From: an uncultured virus (IMG/VR IMGVR_UViG_3300037453_000161)
Taxonomy: Duplodnaviria > Heunggongvirae > Uroviricota > Caudoviricetes
DNA length: 64,000 nt
Strand: one strand, 5' to 3'
Virus record (IMG/VR): IMGVR_UViG_3300037453_000161
A program made the position numbers and the translations under genes. The stretch's first letter is position 1. Each line of letters begins with the position of its first letter. Below the pieces are notes generated by a model. It made no database searches, was not told the origin of the DNA, and saw only the letters and a list, made by a program, of their open reading frames with translations. Below, in pieces: positions 61,675 through 64,000 of the stretch.

Positions 61675-62595
61675 TTAATACTGTGGGAAGAGTGCTGTGT
61701 CGATAACAATCACTTGCCGTGGGTAGATTAACCCTCTGTTGACAATGTTGTTCTCGTCTGCAACTCTCTGTGCTAAACCATTGTTTCCAAATAGTTTAGA
61801 ACCAGCGTAGCCCGTATCTCTGATAATCTGTCCAAGGGTCTCACCTCTTACGACGGTGTGATTCACTTTACCAGAGACAGGTGTAGGAGTTGGAGTTGGG
61901 GTTGGAGTAGGTGTAGGAGTTGGTTCTGGTTCATAGTCACCTGGGACAACCCATACCCAACCACTGGTGTTCATATTGTGCGTACCGACCTTGAGTGGAG
62001 TCCAGTTAGCATCGTTGACCATAGCGGTATTTGTACCAGTTGAGTAGAGATACATAGCAGTATGACCGTAGGTAGTGTTGAAACCACCAGAGCCAATCGC
62101 ACCCTGAACAGGCTTGTCGATGTACTTCCAGCCGAAGTTCTTTACAAGCCAAGCAGCGACATCTTTGCCGTTGACTGGACCATAATCAGGGTGTGCAGCC
62201 GAGTATTCTCTACGACCAGTAGCGAGGTAAGCAGTGTATTTCGAGCATTGCCAGCCCTTGCCATTGTCGTTATCGCCATCTGGGAGACGACGACCATAGA
62301 CAGTGTTGATGGTCTGTCCACCAAGACCGACCTCTTCAATGCCGTCCTCGTATTCTTTGATGGTTGCTTCGTCCGTAGGCTTATCAACGTTCATCAAACG
62401 ATTCATCGCTTCTTCAGCGTCTTCAATGAACTGTTTAGTCGCTTCAGGGATTTGGGCATCTTTCCCATCTAATGTAATGTACTTACCATTTTCAGACCAG
62501 TGTCCGAAGATGATGAACAGGGCACAGAGCAGTGCCACGCCACCTACAATGAACCAGTGTAGGTATTTCTTAAAGAACTTACTTGCCGCTTTCAT
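61675..62595 (-). CDS. Endolysin: N-terminal membrane anchor, CHAP, PT linker, LysM
   Basis: GWQCSKY...YGHTAM...VNDANW; (PT)n; HTVVRGETLGQI...NRGLIYPRQVI. Confidence 0.85.
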   Translation of the reverse strand: MKAASKFFKKYLHWFIVGGVALLCALFIIFGHWSENGKYITLDGKDAQIPEATKQFIEDAEEAMNRLMNVDKPTDEATIKEYEDGIEEVGLGGQTINTVYGRRLPDGDNDNGKGWQCSKYTAYLATGRREYSAAHPDYGPVNGKDVAAWLVKNFGWKYIDKPVQGAIGSGGFNTTYGHTAMYLYSTGTNTAMVNDANWTPLKVGTHNMNTSGWVWVVPGDYEPEPTPTPTPTPTPTPTPVSGKVNHTVVRGETLGQIIRDTGYAGSKLFGNNGLAQRVADENNIVNRGLIYPRQVIVIDTALFPQY

Positions 62596-62818
62596 CTTTC
62601 TTCTCCTCCGTAATCTTCTGGCTCGTCGAACCGAAGAAGTACAGGTTAATGACGGTGTTGGCAGCAAGGAAGGTAGTTACGATTTGCTCGCCAACCCCCT
62701 CAAAACCCCACGTCTTTGAGATGAGAGATACAAAAGTGGCGATAGCAGATAAGATACCTGCCGCAAGAGAGAGTTTCTTCTGTACAGAGATAGAAACTTT
62801 GATTTGCTGTGTAGCCAT
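62579..62818 (-). CDS. Holin
   Basis: 79 aa, two TM segments, charged tail, directly upstream of lysin. Confidence 0.7.
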   Translation of the reverse strand: MATQQIKVSISVQKKLSLAAGILSAIATFVSLISKTWGFEGVGEQIVTTFLAANTVINLYFFGSTSQKITEEKKDESGK

Positions 62819-62874
62819 ATTTGCTCCTTTGTTAGTTGATACTTACATTATAACAACAAAACCGTGGATGTTTT

Positions 62875-64000
62875 TTACATCAACCTACGAACAGTAATCT
62901 TCCATTCAGCAGTTAATGCTTTTTCAGTATAAAGTTTCAACTGTGGGTACAAATTAGACCCAGCAGGCTGCACAATGCGTAACCCGAACTTGTACTCGTC
63001 GTGCCTAGAATCGTGCCCAGTGATACTAATGGGAACATCAGAAGTGATGCTACCACCGTTACAGTTACCTTTATAGACAGGCATTACCCCTGCGATTCTT
63101 GTACTGTACATACCTGCACTTGTTGTGCTAGAGAAAAGTTCAATAGCATACGTTCCACTGTCTCCAAATAAAGAACCGTACTCACTATTGGTGATAAGTT
63201 CATTCCACGTTGTAGCAGTACAGGTCACAGTCTTGGTGACACTTTTGGACTGCCAAATGTTCAATGCAGATAACAGAGAGTTCACTTTTGCGGCACTGTA
63301 AACGTCAGTAGTGCTTGAACTTGTGCTATTAACCACCGTGGCTACTGTTGCAGCCTGGTCTTTGGCTTTAATGATGTAGTTGAGGGAGAGATATGGTGGA
63401 AGGCTGCTGGCAATACCAGTGTTGCCATCTACGTCTGTGTTGTGTGAACGGTTTGGGTGTCCAGCAGCAGAGTGGGTAGTACCACCAACGGAATATGTAG
63501 AGCCAGATAAACTACCATCATTTCTTGCGACAAAGCCAAGAGCATCAGCATTACCTTGTGGAGAGCCGATTTTTGCGTATAAGTCACCTGCATCGTGTCT
63601 GTGCTCATTATTACCACCAGTAACACCTAACACTTCAGCATATGTAGCCCACGAACTATTGTAATTGCCAATAGCAACCTTACCTTTCAAGTTAGGAAGA
63701 TTAAACGTCGTAGAGCCATCCCCAGTGCCAAATGTAGTGCCGATGGCAGTAAATAATTCGGAATAAGTTGTTCTGCTTACCGCAGAACCATCACAAAGCA
63801 AATAGCCTTCTGGCATTGTGTCAGAGCCGTATGGAATAATCGTACCGATTGGACAGCCTGCTCCTGGGTCACCCTTCGCACCAGTGTCGCCTTTATCGCC
63901 CTTATCTCCTTTGTCCCCTTTATCGCCTTTAGCACCATCCTGACCATCTGCACCAGCAGCACCAGTATCACCTTTATCACCTTTATCACCTTTATCACCT
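62875..64000 (-). CDS. Collagen-repeat tail fibre with tail-collar domain (5'-truncated)
   Basis: (GDK)n repeats in frame to the edge; PIGTIIPYG..PEGYLLCDGSAVSRTTYSELF..FNLPNLKG. Confidence 0.9.
   Translation of the reverse strand, partial: GDKGDKGDKGDTGAAGADGQDGAKGDKGDKGDKGDKGDTGAKGDPGAGCPIGTIIPYGSDTMPEGYLLCDGSAVSRTTYSELFTAIGTTFGTGDGSTTFNLPNLKGKVAIGNYNSSWATYAEVLGVTGGNNEHRHDAGDLYAKIGSPQGNADALGFVARNDGSLSGSTYSVGGTTHSAAGHPNRSHNTDVDGNTGIASSLPPYLSLNYIIKAKDQAATVATVVNSTSSSTTDVYSAAKVNSLLSALNIWQSKSVTKTVTCTATTWNELITNSEYGSLFGDSGTYAIELFSSTTSAGMYSTRIAGVMPVYKGNCNGGSITSDVPISITGHDSRHDEYKFGLRIVQPAGSNLYPQLKLYTEKALTAEWKITVRRLM

Noticed and set aside
1..64000. Diversity-generating retroelement acting on tail fibres
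   Set aside because: No reverse transcriptase and no template/variable repeat pair differing at adenines seen in the window
1..64000. Alternative genetic code
   Set aside because: Long genes are intact in the standard code; TAA, TAG and TGA all end genes at operon junctions

Overview
Nearly all of a tailed (siphovirus-like) bacteriophage genome, read in the standard genetic code. Truncated tail-fibre genes sit at both edges on the same strand, so the genome is probably circular or permuted and only somewhat longer than the window. It encodes a terminase large subunit, portal, protease/scaffold, probable capsid and tail-tube proteins, tape measure, a frameshifted tail chaperone pair, several Cys-rich virion proteins, holin and CHAP-LysM lysin. 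It also encodes a lambda-O-like initiator with internal iterons, DnaB-like helicase, primase, SSB, a YqaJ exonuclease plus annealing protein, glycosyltransferases, an orphan HicA and three tRNAs. No integrase, DNA polymerase, reverse transcriptase or CRISPR array was seen. A KGG-repeat protein resembles, from recall, one typical of Saccharibacteria (CPR), hinting at the host. The most striking structure is regulatory. (1) Ten consensus sigma70 promoters in front of small, mostly acidic genes share the 5' leader AAC(A/G)CATAAGAC(AC). (2) Two separately promoted, structured non-coding transcripts (12.5 kb and 25.7 kb) carry the exact antisense of that leader inside stem-closed regions, suggesting small-RNA silencing of a whole early regulon. 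(3) About ten mostly structural genes look leaderless (-10 box, 6 nt, ATG). (4) The 13.2-16.6 kb block carries about 50 strand-polarised GATTC motifs and shows extra palindrome avoidance on top of genome-wide avoidance. All counts were made by eye and all family calls come from motifs and recall, not database searches.
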